Shown: positions 9,339-19,327 of the stretch, piece after piece
Layout: every line of letters starts with the position of its first letter
Position numbering within the stretch: position 1 is the first letter of the stretch
From: Actinomycetota bacterium
GTDB lineage: Bacteria; Actinomycetota; UBA4738; HRBIN12
Assembly (NCBI GenBank): GCA_041287635.1
Contig: JBGGNG010000003.1
Coordinates: 1,342 to 65,341, forward strand
Direction: 5' to 3'
DNA length: 64,000 nt
The notes under the pieces: generated by a model
What the model was told of the DNA's origin: nothing
Seen by the model: the letters and a program-made list of their open reading frames with translations, nothing else
Database searches by the model: none
Program-made: the position numbers and the translations under genes

Positions 9339-10178
9339 TCATCGCATCTCCGGCGGCGGCTTCCACCCGCGGGCCGCGAGCTCCTCGAGCGCCTCGGCGC
9401 CCTCACGGGCGCGCTTCCACAGCATGGCCTTGCGCTTCGCATCGTGACCGGGGGCGAACTCCCCGCGGACGAGCCGGTCGCAGGCCGGGTCACCGCATGC
9501 GCAGTAGGTGAACAGGGGATCCGCCGCGCGCGGCGCGGCCGTGCCCGGGCGGTACGGCGTGGCCGGCAGCGCTGCCGACGGCACCACGATCACGCCCTCT
9601 CGCGGATCGCCGGGAGCGAATCGCCTTCCGTCGAGGGCATACAGCCCTGTGAGTGCGGCGAGGGCAGCGTCGACGCGATCGGCGGATCCGAGCTCGTCGG
9701 TGCGCACGCCTTGGGCCCGGAGCACGGCCGTGCGCCAGACGTGCTTGCGCGTCCCCCTCGGGGGGAGGCAGCCCGCCAGCACGACCGCGGTCGCATGTGG
9801 GAAGACCTCGAGGGCCTTCCCCTCGGGGCTGCCGGCCGAATACGTCGGGAACCCGGCCGCCGCCGCCTGCACGAACACGTCGAAGCCGACCTCCATCCAC
9901 GCGAAGAATCGATTGCCCCTGCCGTGCGCCTCGCTGGGGGTGTTGAACGACGAGATGTTGAGGGCCGCCAGCTGGCGCTCGGTGAGTCGAGAGCGCCCCG
10001 ATGGTGCCCAACGCGGCGGGGAGTCGATCGCGACGACGTCGGGCCGCAGGTCGCGGATCACGTGCTCTACGTCACGGACGTGCACGCGTGACGAGACGTG
10101 CAGGGGCACGCGGCGCTCGTCGAGCAGCACGATGTCGAGGCCTTTGCCGACGCCGACGTCGATGCCCAGCGACCGCAC
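9339..10178 (-). CDS. DUF429-like (RNase H-fold) protein with Cys-rich C-terminal tail
   Basis: The real part of track ORF 9339..10757 starts at GTG 10178 (VRSLGIDVGVGKGLDIVLLD...VVAIDSPP). The tail reads YCACGDPACDRLVRGEFAPGHDAKRK. Confidence 0.65.
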   Translation of the reverse strand: MRSLGIDVGVGKGLDIVLLDERRVPLHVSSRVHVRDVEHVIRDLRPDVVAIDSPPRWAPSGRSRLTERQLAALNISSFNTPSEAHGRGNRFFAWMEVGFDVFVQAAAAGFPTYSAGSPEGKALEVFPHATAVVLAGCLPPRGTRKHVWRTAVLRAQGVRTDELGSADRVDAALAALTGLYALDGRRFAPGDPREGVIVVPSAALPATPYRPGTAAPRAADPLFTYCACGDPACDRLVRGEFAPGHDAKRKAMLWKRAREGAEALEELAARGWKPPPEMR

Positions 10179-10186
10179 CGCAGCCG

Positions 10187-11560
10187 CTACCGCTGCGCCC
10201 GGCGATGGGCGATGAAGTCGAGAAGGTCGCTCCGTGTGAGGACGCCGAGCACCTGGCCGGCCTTCGCGACGAGCACCGCGGGCGCCTGCTCGAGCTGAGC
10301 GAAGGCCGTCTCGATCGGTTGGTCCCACTCCACGAACGGGATCGGCGGCGCCATGACCTCGGCGACGTCGGCCTGCAGCGCGTCGGGATCGCGGAAGACC
10401 CGCTCGAGCAGCTCGCGGTCTCGGATCGATCCCACGAACTGCGTGACGTCGGCCGACTCCTCGCGCACGACGGGCGCCTGAGAGATCGAGCTCGCCTGCA
10501 GCACGTCGACCGCCTGCCGCACCTTGTCGTGTGCGTTCACGGTGATCAGGGGCGGCAGCTCGGCGCCCTTGGACGAGAGCACCTGCTCCACGGTCGTCAC
10601 CTCGGGCCCCTCGAGGAACCCGTACTGGCGCATCCAGCCGTCGGAGTACAGCTTCGAAAGGTAGTTGCGACCGGTATCGGGCAACAGGACGACGATCGTG
10701 GTGTCGTCGCCGTAGTCCCGCGCGACCTCGAGCGCCGCGTAGATCGCTGAACCGCATGAGCCGCCGACGAGGATGCCTTCCTGTCGCGTCACGGCCCGGG
10801 CCATGAGGAAGGCGTCCCGGTCGGGCACCCGGACCCAGCGGTCGACGACGTCGGGATCGAACGTCTCCGGGAAGAAGTCCTCGCCGATGCCCTCGGTGAG
10901 GTATGGGCGTGGCTCGTCGCCCGTGTACACCGAGCCCTCGGTGTCGGCGCCCACGATCACGATGTCGGGGTTCTGCGACTTCAGGAAGCGTCCGACACCG
11001 GTGACCGTGCCCCCTGTGCCGACCCCTGCGACGAAGACGTCGATGCGTCCGTCCGTCTGGTCCCAGATCTCCGGACCGGTCGTCTCGAAGTGCGTGGCCG
11101 GATTCTCCTGATTGAAGTACTGGTTCGGCTGGAACGCGCCGGGGATCTCGTCGGCGAGTCGGGACGCGACCGAGTAGTACGACTCCGGCGACTCCCGTGG
11201 CACGGCGGTCGGCGTGATGATCACCTCGGCGCCGTACGCCCGCAGCAGCGAGATCTTCTCCTGGCTCATCTTGTCGGGCATCACGAAGATGCAGCGGTAT
11301 CCGCGGATCGCCGCCGCGATCGCGAGCCCGTGCCCGGTGTTGCCCGATGTGGGTTCGACGATCGTGCCACCGGGGCGCAGCGTGCCCGACCGTTCGGCTG
11401 CCTCGATCATGCGGATGCCGATGCGGTCCTTCACCGACCCGCCCGGGTTCAGCATCTCGACCTTGGCCAATATCGTCGGGCGCAGCCCGCGCGTGACCGA
11501 CCGCAGGCGCACGAGGGGGGTATCCCCCATCGCGTCGAGGAACGTATCGAGCACCCGCAT
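10187..11560 (-). CDS. cbs: Cystathionine beta-synthase (PLP domain + tandem CBS domains)
   Basis: MRVLDTFLDAMGDTPLVRL...NPGGSVKDR...TSGNTGHGLA, followed by a C-terminal CBS pair. The start is ATG 11560, preceded by AAGGGGGG. The 110-aa N-terminal extension in the track is Ser/Pro/Arg junk. Confidence 0.9.
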   Translation of the reverse strand: MRVLDTFLDAMGDTPLVRLRSVTRGLRPTILAKVEMLNPGGSVKDRIGIRMIEAAERSGTLRPGGTIVEPTSGNTGHGLAIAAAIRGYRCIFVMPDKMSQEKISLLRAYGAEVIITPTAVPRESPESYYSVASRLADEIPGAFQPNQYFNQENPATHFETTGPEIWDQTDGRIDVFVAGVGTGGTVTGVGRFLKSQNPDIVIVGADTEGSVYTGDEPRPYLTEGIGEDFFPETFDPDVVDRWVRVPDRDAFLMARAVTRQEGILVGGSCGSAIYAALEVARDYGDDTTIVVLLPDTGRNYLSKLYSDGWMRQYGFLEGPEVTTVEQVLSSKGAELPPLITVNAHDKVRQAVDVLQASSISQAPVVREESADVTQFVGSIRDRELLERVFRDPDALQADVAEVMAPPIPFVEWDQPIETAFAQLEQAPAVLVAKAGQVLGVLTRSDLLDFIAHRRAQR

Positions 11561-11786
11561 CGAACCGACCCCCCTTGCGCAGTAGGTGCGGCTATCGTGC
11601 CACGCGGGACCGACCTGCGTCCGCGCGCCCTCGTTCATGCCTCGCCGGGATGCTCGGACATGCTTCACCTCGCGGGATAAAGTGCCGAATCCATGAACCG
11701 ACGCACGCGGCGACGCCCATGACCCACCGGAACGCGCCGCCGATGACCGATGGTCGCGCGGGGGCGCGCGGGATGAGGACGATGGT

Positions 11787-12779
11787 GTGAACGAGGGCAA
11801 CCGCATCGACGAGGACGAGATCGAGACCGCCGCCGAGGGCAATGGTGGCGGCGAGAGCTTGCTCGTCGTCGACGATGATCCTTTCATCGCCAGGCTGCTC
11901 GAGATCGAGCTGCGTGCTGCCGGTTACGACGTGCGCGTCGCCGCCGACGGCGCGCTGGCGCTCGAAGCGGCTCGGGAACGGCGCCCCGATCTCGTGCTCG
12001 CCGACGTGATGATGCCGAACATGGACGGCTTCGAGCTGACCCGTCGTCTCCGGCAGGATCCGAGCACGGCCACCGTCTCGGTGATCATGCTCACCGCTCG
12101 AGGGCTCTCCGCCGACAAGCTGGAGGGCTTCGCGATCGGCGCCGACGACTACATCGTCAAGCCGTTCGACACCCCGGAGCTCCTCGCGCGCATCCGGGGC
12201 GTGCTGCGCCGCTCGCGCGATACGCGCACACAGTCGCCGCTCACCGGACTGCCCGGCAACGTCCGTATCGAGGAGGAGATCGACGCCCGCCTCGCGCGTT
12301 CGGACCCGTTCGCGATCCTCTACGCCGACCTCGACAACTTCAAGGCGTACAACGACCACTACGGGTTCATGCGGGGCGACGAGGTGATCCAATCGTCGGC
12401 ACGGTTGATCGGCGAGGCGGCCCGCGGGGCGTCCGACGGCGCGGCATTCGTCGGTCACGTCGGCGGTGACGACTTCGTGGTGGTGGTCGCTCCCGAGCGG
12501 GCGGAGGTGGCCGCGAACGCGATCGTGGCGGCTTTCGACGAGGCGGCGCCCGGCTTCTTCGACGAGACCGACCGCGAACGCGGCTTCATCGAGGTCACGA
12601 ACCGTAGGGGCGAGTTGCAGCGGTTCGGTGTTCTGACCCTGTCGATCGGTATCGCGACCACGGCCAAACGGGCCTTCCAGCACTACGCCGAGGCAGTCGC
12701 CGTTGCGACCGAGATGAAGCAGTACACGAAGGGGTCGGAGACCTCGTCGTGGGCTGTGGACCGCCGCGCCGGCGAGTAG
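11787..12779 (+). CDS. Response regulator: REC + GGDEF-family domain (active-site motif reads GGDDF)
   Basis: The REC domain shows LLVVDDD, DLVLADVMMPNMDG and YIVKPF. The GGDEF domain shows LTGLPGN, DLDNFKAYNDHYGFMRGD and HVGGDDFVVVV. Confidence 0.85.
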   Translation: MNEGNRIDEDEIETAAEGNGGGESLLVVDDDPFIARLLEIELRAAGYDVRVAADGALALEAARERRPDLVLADVMMPNMDGFELTRRLRQDPSTATVSVIMLTARGLSADKLEGFAIGADDYIVKPFDTPELLARIRGVLRRSRDTRTQSPLTGLPGNVRIEEEIDARLARSDPFAILYADLDNFKAYNDHYGFMRGDEVIQSSARLIGEAARGASDGAAFVGHVGGDDFVVVVAPERAEVAANAIVAAFDEAAPGFFDETDRERGFIEVTNRRGELQRFGVLTLSIGIATTAKRAFQHYAEAVAVATEMKQYTKGSETSSWAVDRRAGE

Positions 12780-12794
12780 TTCCCGGGCGAGCGA

Positions 12795-14036
12795 TCAGGG
12801 AAGCGGCCCGGGCTCCGCGAGGAAGAACCCTTGCCCGTAGCCCACGCCCAGCTCGCGCAGCGTCGCGAGCTCGCCCGCCGTCTCGATGCCCTCGGCGACG
12901 AGCGAGAACCCCATCTCCACGGCGAACGAGACGAGCGCCGTCGCGAGCGCCCGCTTCGCGCGGTCAGTGTCGATGTCGCGGGTGAGGCTCATGTCGAGCT
13001 TCACGATGTCGGGCGCGATGCGCACCGTGTGTCGCAGGCTCGCGAAGCCCGCGCCGGCGTCATCGATCGCCACCCTCGCTCCCCGAGCCCGCAGCGGGGC
13101 GAGCGCATCGACGAGGTCGTCGTAGTCCTCGACCGCCTCGTGCTCGGTGATCTCGAGCACCAGCCGATCGGCGAGTGGCTCGATGAGCGTGGCCAGATCG
13201 GTCGAGACGGCGGCGCGATGCGAGCAGTTCACGGCGAGGTAGACGCCGGGGTCCATCTTCGGTACCGCGCGCAAAGCGTGCGTCAAGGTGGTCAGCTCCA
13301 GCTGCACGCCGAGCGCCAGTGACACCGCCTCGGCGAACCACTCGTTCGGTGGCCGGGGCGGAGGCGTGGAGAAGCGCGCGAGCGCTTCGAGTCCCACCGT
13401 GGCGCCGGTCGTGAGGTCGACGATCGGCTGGAACGCCATCGAGACGCCATCGCCGTCGACGAACCGCTGGATCTCGGCACGGCGTGCGTCGAGCTGTTCG
13501 CGCTCGTCATCCTCGCGGCGCAGCTGCTTCGTGAGCTCCGACACGATGCCGGCGATCACCTCGGTCGACAGGCTCGCGCCGCCCGCCATCACCTTCTGGA
13601 TCGAGCCGACGATCTCCTCGCCGCCGGTCCCCTTCACGAGGTAGCCGACCGCGCCTGCCCGGAGCATCTCGAGGACCGTCGGCCGGTCCTCGAAGGCCGA
13701 GAGCGCGATCACGCGGGTGTCGGGGGAGCACCGGGCGATCTCACGCGCCGCCCGGGCGCCGCCGCCGGCCGGCATCGAGACGTCGACGAGCGCGACGTCG
13801 GGCCGCTCGTCGTTCGCGAGGGCGATCGCTTCGTCGGCGTCGCCCGCCGTGCCGATCAGCGTCAGGTCGTCCTCGTGCTCGAGCAGGTCGGCGAGGGCGC
13901 CCCGCAGCGCCGGTTCGTCGTCGGCGATCAGCACACGGATCTGCTCGGTCACGAGCCCGCCGGCGCCGCCGGCATCGTAGGGGGAAGTTCCGACGGCCAT
14001 CGGGGGGACGCTACCCGGCCTGAACGGGCCACTCAA
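12795..14036 (-). CDS. Response regulator: REC + EAL c-di-GMP phosphodiesterase
   Basis: The REC domain shows [18 protein letters not shown] and GYLVKG. The EAL domain shows [45 protein letters not shown] and GYGQGF. The start may be the internal Met at 14000. Confidence 0.85.
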   Translation of the reverse strand: MSGPFRPGSVPPMAVGTSPYDAGGAGGLVTEQIRVLIADDEPALRGALADLLEHEDDLTLIGTAGDADEAIALANDERPDVALVDVSMPAGGGARAAREIARCSPDTRVIALSAFEDRPTVLEMLRAGAVGYLVKGTGGEEIVGSIQKVMAGGASLSTEVIAGIVSELTKQLRREDDEREQLDARRAEIQRFVDGDGVSMAFQPIVDLTTGATVGLEALARFSTPPPRPPNEWFAEAVSLALGVQLELTTLTHALRAVPKMDPGVYLAVNCSHRAAVSTDLATLIEPLADRLVLEITEHEAVEDYDDLVDALAPLRARGARVAIDDAGAGFASLRHTVRIAPDIVKLDMSLTRDIDTDRAKRALATALVSFAVEMGFSLVAEGIETAGELATLRELGVGYGQGFFLAEPGPLP

Positions 14037-14137
14037 GCATCTCGGTCACGGAGTCAGCGTCGGAACACGGCGAGGGAGCATGCCGTCGCAGTAGCATCGC
14101 GCCGGGAAGACAGCCGCCGTGCCGTGGAGGGGACGCG

Positions 14138-15802
14138 ATGACCGGTCGAGAGATCCGTGCGCCACGTGGCGGCGATCTGTCGTGCCGTTCCTGGCCGCAG
14201 GAAGCGGCGATGCGCATGTTGATGAACAACCTTGACCCCGAGGTGGCCGAGCGGCCCCAGGACCTGGTCGTGTACGGCGGCACCGGCAAGGCCGCCCGCA
14301 GTTGGGAGGCGTTCGACGCGATCGTGCGCACGCTCCGGACGCTGGCCGACGACGAGACCCTGCTCGTGCAGTCGGGCAAGCCGGTCGCGGTCTTCCGCAC
14401 CCACGACATGGCCCCTCGAGTGCTGATCTCGAACTCGATGCTCGTGCCCAAGTGGGCCGACTGGGAGACGTTCCGGGCGCTCGAGGCGCAGGGGCTCACG
14501 ATGTACGGGCAGATGACGGCGGGGTCGTGGATCTACATCGGTACCCAGGGCATCCTGCAGGGCACGTACGAGACACTCGCCGAGTGTGCTCATCAGCACT
14601 TCGGCGGGTCGCTCGCCGGCACCGTGACGCTCACGGGCGGCCTCGGCGGCATGGGCGGCGCGCAACCGCTCGCGGTCACGATGAACGACGGTGTCGCGCT
14701 CTGCATCGAGGTCGATCCAGCTCGCATCGAGCGACGGATCTCGACCCGCTACCTCGATCGTCAGACCGGCGATCTCGATGAAGCGCTGCGGTGGGCCGAC
14801 GAGGCCAAGGCCGCGCGCGACGCGGTGTCGATCGGGCTCGTGGGCAACTGCGCCGAGGTGGTGCCCGAACTCGTCGCCCGCGGCTGGCAGCCCGACGTCG
14901 TCACCGACCAGACCTCTGCCCACGACCCGCTCGGCGGCTACGTGCCCGCTGCGCTTTCGCTCGCCGAGGCCGCTGAGCTCCGCGAGCGAAACCCCGGCGA
15001 GTACGTGCGCCGTGCGGAGGCATCGATGGCCGCCCACGTCGAGGCGATCGTGGCCCTCGCAGCCCGCGGAGGGATCGCGTTCGACTATGGGAACAACCTG
15101 CGCGCAGGTGCGGAAGCCGGCGGGCTTCCGCACGGCGTCGCGTTCAGCTACCCCGGGTTCGTGCCGGCGTTCGTGCGGCCGCTGTTCTGTGAGGGCAAGG
15201 GTCCGTTCCGGTGGGCGGCGCTCTCGGGCGACCCGGCCGACATCGCCGCGACCGACGCCGCCGTGGTCGAGCTGTTCCCCGACGACGACCGCCTGCAACG
15301 ATGGCTGCACCTCGCGTCCGAACGGGTGGCATACCAGGGGCTGCCCGCCCGCATCTGTTGGCTGGGCTACGGCGAGCGCGACCGCGCAGGGACACGGTTC
15401 AACGAGCTCGTCGCCTCGGGCGCCGTGAGTGCCCCGATCGTGATCGGGCGCGACCACCTCGACGCCGGTAGCGTCGCGAGCCCGAACCGCGAGACCGAGG
15501 CGATGCGCGACGGGTCCGACGCGGTCGCCGACTGGCCGATCCTGAACGCCCTCGTGAACACGGCCGCGGGCGCTCACTGGGTGAGCGTGCACCACGGGGG
15601 CGGCGTGGGCATCGGCTCCTCGATCCACGCCGGCATGGTCGTCGTGGCCGATGGCACGGCGAACGCTGCCGAGCGCCTCGAGCGGGTGCTCACCTCGGAT
15701 CCCGGCATGGGTGTGGTCCGCCACGTGGACGCGGGATACGAGCGGGCGATCGAGGTCGCCGACGATCGCGGAGTGCGCGTGCCGATGCAGGAGGCCGAGT
15801 GA
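14138..15802 (+). CDS. hutU: Urocanate hydratase
   Basis: 554 aa and urocanase-collinear, including [15 protein letters not shown]. Confidence 0.95.
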   Translation: MTGREIRAPRGGDLSCRSWPQEAAMRMLMNNLDPEVAERPQDLVVYGGTGKAARSWEAFDAIVRTLRTLADDETLLVQSGKPVAVFRTHDMAPRVLISNSMLVPKWADWETFRALEAQGLTMYGQMTAGSWIYIGTQGILQGTYETLAECAHQHFGGSLAGTVTLTGGLGGMGGAQPLAVTMNDGVALCIEVDPARIERRISTRYLDRQTGDLDEALRWADEAKAARDAVSIGLVGNCAEVVPELVARGWQPDVVTDQTSAHDPLGGYVPAALSLAEAAELRERNPGEYVRRAEASMAAHVEAIVALAARGGIAFDYGNNLRAGAEAGGLPHGVAFSYPGFVPAFVRPLFCEGKGPFRWAALSGDPADIAATDAAVVELFPDDDRLQRWLHLASERVAYQGLPARICWLGYGERDRAGTRFNELVASGAVSAPIVIGRDHLDAGSVASPNRETEAMRDGSDAVADWPILNALVNTAAGAHWVSVHHGGGVGIGSSIHAGMVVVADGTANAAERLERVLTSDPGMGVVRHVDAGYERAIEVADDRGVRVPMQEAE

Positions 15803-16506
15803 GCGATACACACATCGTGGCGATGGGCGGTGGGCAGTGGCCGGACGACCCGGTCTACCGGTTCATCTTCGGCCTGACGGGCGCGGCGCGCCCCAAGGTG
15901 CTGTACGTACCGACGGCAGTCGGCGACTCCGATCGGGCGGTGGCCTCGTTCTACCGGTCGTTCCCATCCCACTCGTTCGAGCCGAGCGATCTCGCGTTGT
16001 TCCATCGCACGGTCGAGGACCTGCGCTCGTTCGTGCTCACCCACGACGTCGTGTTCGTGAGCGGGGGCAACACCCTGAACCTGCTCGCGATCTGGCGCGC
16101 GCATGGCCTCGATGAGATCCTTCGGGAAGCCTGGGACGCGGGTGTCGTGCTCGCGGGAGGCAGTGCCGGTGCCAACTGCTGGTTCGAGGCATCGACGACC
16201 GACTCCTACCTGTTGGGGCGGGCCGACCCGCTTCCCGACGGATTGGGGTTCGTGCCGGGAAGCTTCTGTCCCCACTTCGACTCCGAGGCGTCGCGCCGAC
16301 CCGAGTACCGGCGCCTCGTCGGGGAAGGCGTGCTGCCACCCGGTCTCGCGTGCGACGACCTCGCGGCGGTGCACCTCGTGGGGACCGAGGTCGCCGAGGT
16401 GCTGGTCTCCGATCCGGCCGCCGGCGCCCGGCGGGTCGAGCCGGGGGAGCACGGCGACGTCGTCGAGGCCCCGCTCGAGACGCGACTGCTGGCGGCATCG
16501 GCATGA
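15799..16506 (+). CDS. Peptidase S51 (dipeptidase E-like) family protein
   Basis: [12 protein letters not shown] and the nucleophile elbow GGSAGANCW. It has 4-nt start/stop overlaps with both hutU (GTGA) and hutH (ATGA). Confidence 0.75.
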   Translation: MSDTHIVAMGGGQWPDDPVYRFIFGLTGAARPKVLYVPTAVGDSDRAVASFYRSFPSHSFEPSDLALFHRTVEDLRSFVLTHDVVFVSGGNTLNLLAIWRAHGLDEILREAWDAGVVLAGGSAGANCWFEASTTDSYLLGRADPLPDGLGFVPGSFCPHFDSEASRRPEYRRLVGEGVLPPGLACDDLAAVHLVGTEVAEVLVSDPAAGARRVEPGEHGDVVEAPLETRLLAASA

Positions 16507-18032
16507 CCGTCGCGATCGGTGGCCGGCTCGAGGCGTCCGACGTGGTGGCTGTCGCCGGCGGGGCGCCCGTCTCCTTCGGTGACGACGCCCGGGCGAAGGT
16601 CGCGTCGGCGCGTGTGGTGATCGACGATGCCGTCGCGAGCGGCGCCACGATCTACGGGGTCACGACCGGGTTCGGGGCGCTCGCCCACACCCGTGTCGAT
16701 CCGGCGCAGGCCTCGACGCTGCAACATGGCATCGTGCGATCACACGCGACAGCCGTGGGCACGCCCCTGCCGCGTGAAGAGGCGCGCGCGATGCTCCTGC
16801 TGCGAGCCCACGTGCTGGCCCTCGGGCATTCCGGAGTGCGGCCCGAGGTGGTCGGCCTGATGGTCTCGATGCTGAACGAAGACGTGATCCCGGCCGTGCC
16901 CCAACAGGGATCGCTCGGGGCGTCCGGCGACCTCGCCCCGCTCGCGAACCTCGCCCTGCCGCTGATCGGCCACGGTGAGGTGCTGGCCCCTGAAGGCGGC
17001 ACGGAACCGGCCCCCGCTGCGATGGCCCGCGCCGGGCTCTCGCCGCTGATGCTCGAGGCGAAGGAAGGACTCGCCCTCGTGAACGGCACCCAGGGCATGC
17101 TCGCGATCGGCATCCTGGCGACCGAGCGCGCCGCGTCGCTCGCACGAACCGCCGACGTCGTCGCGGCGATGACGATCGAGGCGTCGCTCGGCACCGACCG
17201 TCCCTTCGACGAGCGGTTGCAGGCGCTGCGGCCACACCCCGGACAGGCCGCGAGTGCTGCGAACCTCCGCCGGCTGCTTTCCTCGTCTCCCGTCCTCGCC
17301 TCCCACCGGGAGTCCGCGCACCTCGTGCAGGACGCGTACTCGCTGCGGTGCGCGCCGCAGGTGCACGGCGCGACCCGCGACGCGCTCGCGTACGCGAGCG
17401 GTGTGCTCGCGATCGAGATGAACAGCGTGAGCGACAACCCGATCGTGCTGCCCGACGGCGGCGAGGTCATGAGTGGGGGGAACTTCCACGGGCAGCCGGT
17501 GGCTGTGGCGCTCGACACTGTGGCGACCGCGCTCGTCTCGCTCGCGTCGATCTCCGAGCGCCGGCTCTACCGCCTGCTCGACGAGCATCAGTCCAACGGG
17601 CTGCCGCCGTTCCTCGTGCACGGCTCCGGGCTGAACTCCGGCTTCATGCTCGTGCAGTACACGGCTGCTTCACTCGTGAGCGAGTGCAAGTCGCTCGCGC
17701 ACCCTGCCTCGGTCGATTCGATCCCCTCGAGCGCCGGGCAGGAGGACCACGTGAGCATGGGCATGACGTCGGCCCGGCATGCGCGCGAGGTCGTCTCGAA
17801 CGCCGAGACCGTGATCGCCCTCGAGGCGCTCGCGGCCGCGCAGGCGCTCGACCTGCGGGCGCCGCTCGAGCCGGGTCCGGCGACCCGCGAGGTGCACGAG
17901 GCGATCAGAGCTCGCGTGCCGTTCTTCGAGGCCGACCGCGAGTTCGGCCCGGATATCGCCGACGCCGTGAGCCTCGTGCGGCAGGCGCGTCTGGTCGCGG
18001 CCGCGGAAGCCGCGATCGGCCCGCTGGACTAG
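16503..18032 (+). CDS. hutH: Histidine ammonia-lyase
   Basis: MIO-forming GASGDLAPL and overall family collinearity. I trimmed the start to ATG 16503 (MTVAIGG). Confidence 0.95.
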   Translation: MTVAIGGRLEASDVVAVAGGAPVSFGDDARAKVASARVVIDDAVASGATIYGVTTGFGALAHTRVDPAQASTLQHGIVRSHATAVGTPLPREEARAMLLLRAHVLALGHSGVRPEVVGLMVSMLNEDVIPAVPQQGSLGASGDLAPLANLALPLIGHGEVLAPEGGTEPAPAAMARAGLSPLMLEAKEGLALVNGTQGMLAIGILATERAASLARTADVVAAMTIEASLGTDRPFDERLQALRPHPGQAASAANLRRLLSSSPVLASHRESAHLVQDAYSLRCAPQVHGATRDALAYASGVLAIEMNSVSDNPIVLPDGGEVMSGGNFHGQPVAVALDTVATALVSLASISERRLYRLLDEHQSNGLPPFLVHGSGLNSGFMLVQYTAASLVSECKSLAHPASVDSIPSSAGQEDHVSMGMTSARHAREVVSNAETVIALEALAAAQALDLRAPLEPGPATREVHEAIRARVPFFEADREFGPDIADAVSLVRQARLVAAAEAAIGPLD

Positions 18033-19270
18033 TCGCCGCGGGTCGAGCGGCGAGCTCGCCGGTGCGCGACCTCGCCGGCGACGATCGTCGCGACGACGGG
18101 ATCGTGCCCGGGGCGATACGGCACATGGGCGAACGACGCCTCCTCGAGCAGCACGAGGTCGGCCCGCTTCCCGTGCTCCAGGGTTCCCAGGCGGTCGGCG
18201 AGACCCAGCACCCACGCGGGGTTCAGCGTCGCGGCCGTCAGCGCCTCGAGCGGCGGCACCTCGTAGACGCCCGCCGCCATCGCGATCACCTCGGGCATCG
18301 AGACCACGGGCGACGTGCCCGGGTTCGCATCGGTCGCGAGCGCGATCGGCGCGCGGGCCTCGCGGAGCGCCCGGGCAGGGGCCGGCGTCCCGCGAAGGAA
18401 GAACGTCGAGGCCGGCAGCAGGCCGGCGACGGTCGCGCTCGCTGCGAGCGCGGCGACGCCGTCGGGGGAGCAGTGGTTCAGGTGGTCGGCGCTGCGGGCG
18501 CCGAGGCGAGCCGCCGCCGCGGCCGCACCCGAGTCGCCGAGCTGGTCGGCGTGCACGCGAAGCGCCAGCCCGGCCGCATCGCTCGCCGACGCGATCGCCT
18601 CGAGGTCCTCGATCGAGAACGCGATGTCCTCCACGTAGACGTCGACGGCGTCGGCGAGGCCTTCCCGTGCGGCTTCCGGGATCAGCTCATCGCACGCCGT
18701 TCGCACCCAGTCACCTCGTTCCACTCCCGCCGGCACAGCGTGGGCGGCGAGGAGCGTGACCGTGCACGTCTGCGGCGCGTCGGCGGCCAGCCGGCGCGCC
18801 AGCCGGGCGCCTCGCAGCTCCTGCTCGACGGAGAGGCCGTAGCCGGTCTTCATCTCGAGCGCCGTCGTGCCGTGCGTGAGCATCTCGTCGAGCAGGGCGC
18901 GCGAGAAGGCCAGCACCTCCTCGTCGCTCGCTTCTGCGAACATGCGCGCCGACCGGAAGATGCCCCCGTCGCCGCCGTGCAGCTCCCGGTACGAGACGCC
19001 CCGCAGGCGAGCCTCGAACTCGTCGGCGCGCCATCCGACGAACGGCACATGGGTGTGCTGGTCGACGAAGCCGGGCACGACGCAGCCGCGATCGACCTCG
19101 CCGAGCACCGGGTCCCAGGGAAGGCCGTCGACCGAGCCCGCATACGCGATCACGCCGTCGTCGTCCCATGCGACCCCGATGCCACCGTCGGTCGTCGTGG
19201 CCGGATCGACGGAGGGGCGGGGGCCGTGCGCGGTCGCCATCGCCGCCGCCACGACCGCCCCGCGCGCCAT
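18029..19270 (-). CDS. hutI: Imidazolonepropionase
   Basis: Amidohydrolase motifs VDQHTH, VHADQL and ATDANPG. It is convergent with hutH and overlaps it by 4 nt. Confidence 0.9.
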   Translation of the reverse strand: MARGAVVAAAMATAHGPRPSVDPATTTDGGIGVAWDDDGVIAYAGSVDGLPWDPVLGEVDRGCVVPGFVDQHTHVPFVGWRADEFEARLRGVSYRELHGGDGGIFRSARMFAEASDEEVLAFSRALLDEMLTHGTTALEMKTGYGLSVEQELRGARLARRLAADAPQTCTVTLLAAHAVPAGVERGDWVRTACDELIPEAAREGLADAVDVYVEDIAFSIEDLEAIASASDAAGLALRVHADQLGDSGAAAAAARLGARSADHLNHCSPDGVAALAASATVAGLLPASTFFLRGTPAPARALREARAPIALATDANPGTSPVVSMPEVIAMAAGVYEVPPLEALTAATLNPAWVLGLADRLGTLEHGKRADLVLLEEASFAHVPYRPGHDPVVATIVAGEVAHRRARRSTRGD

Positions 19271-19327
19271 GGGCGAAGCTTACGCGTGCATCGTTCCGGC
19301 ACGGCGCCGCCGCCTAGACTCGGAACC

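Noticed and set aside
11561-11786. SAM (S-box / SAM-IV) riboswitch in the cbs leader
   Set aside because: The conserved cores (for example GAGGGA...GCAACC...GGUGC for the S-box) are absent. Only the short IR/DR element, reported separately at low interest, was found.
10187-11887. Long N-terminal extensions on track ORFs (cbs 566 aa, and similarly hutH 16350, nfeD 43281, dhaK 57701, ndh 62631, thiB-like 19597, nitroreductase 28105)
   Set aside because: The family alignment starts at internal Met/Val codons that have good SD sequences. The extensions overlap neighbouring genes and are low in complexity, so I trimmed the starts in the feature list.
14054-15811. 585-aa reverse ORF antisense to hutU
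   Set aside because: This is a shadow frame. hutU on the + strand is full length with urocanase motifs, while the antisense product has no recognisable domain and biased Arg/His/Gly content.
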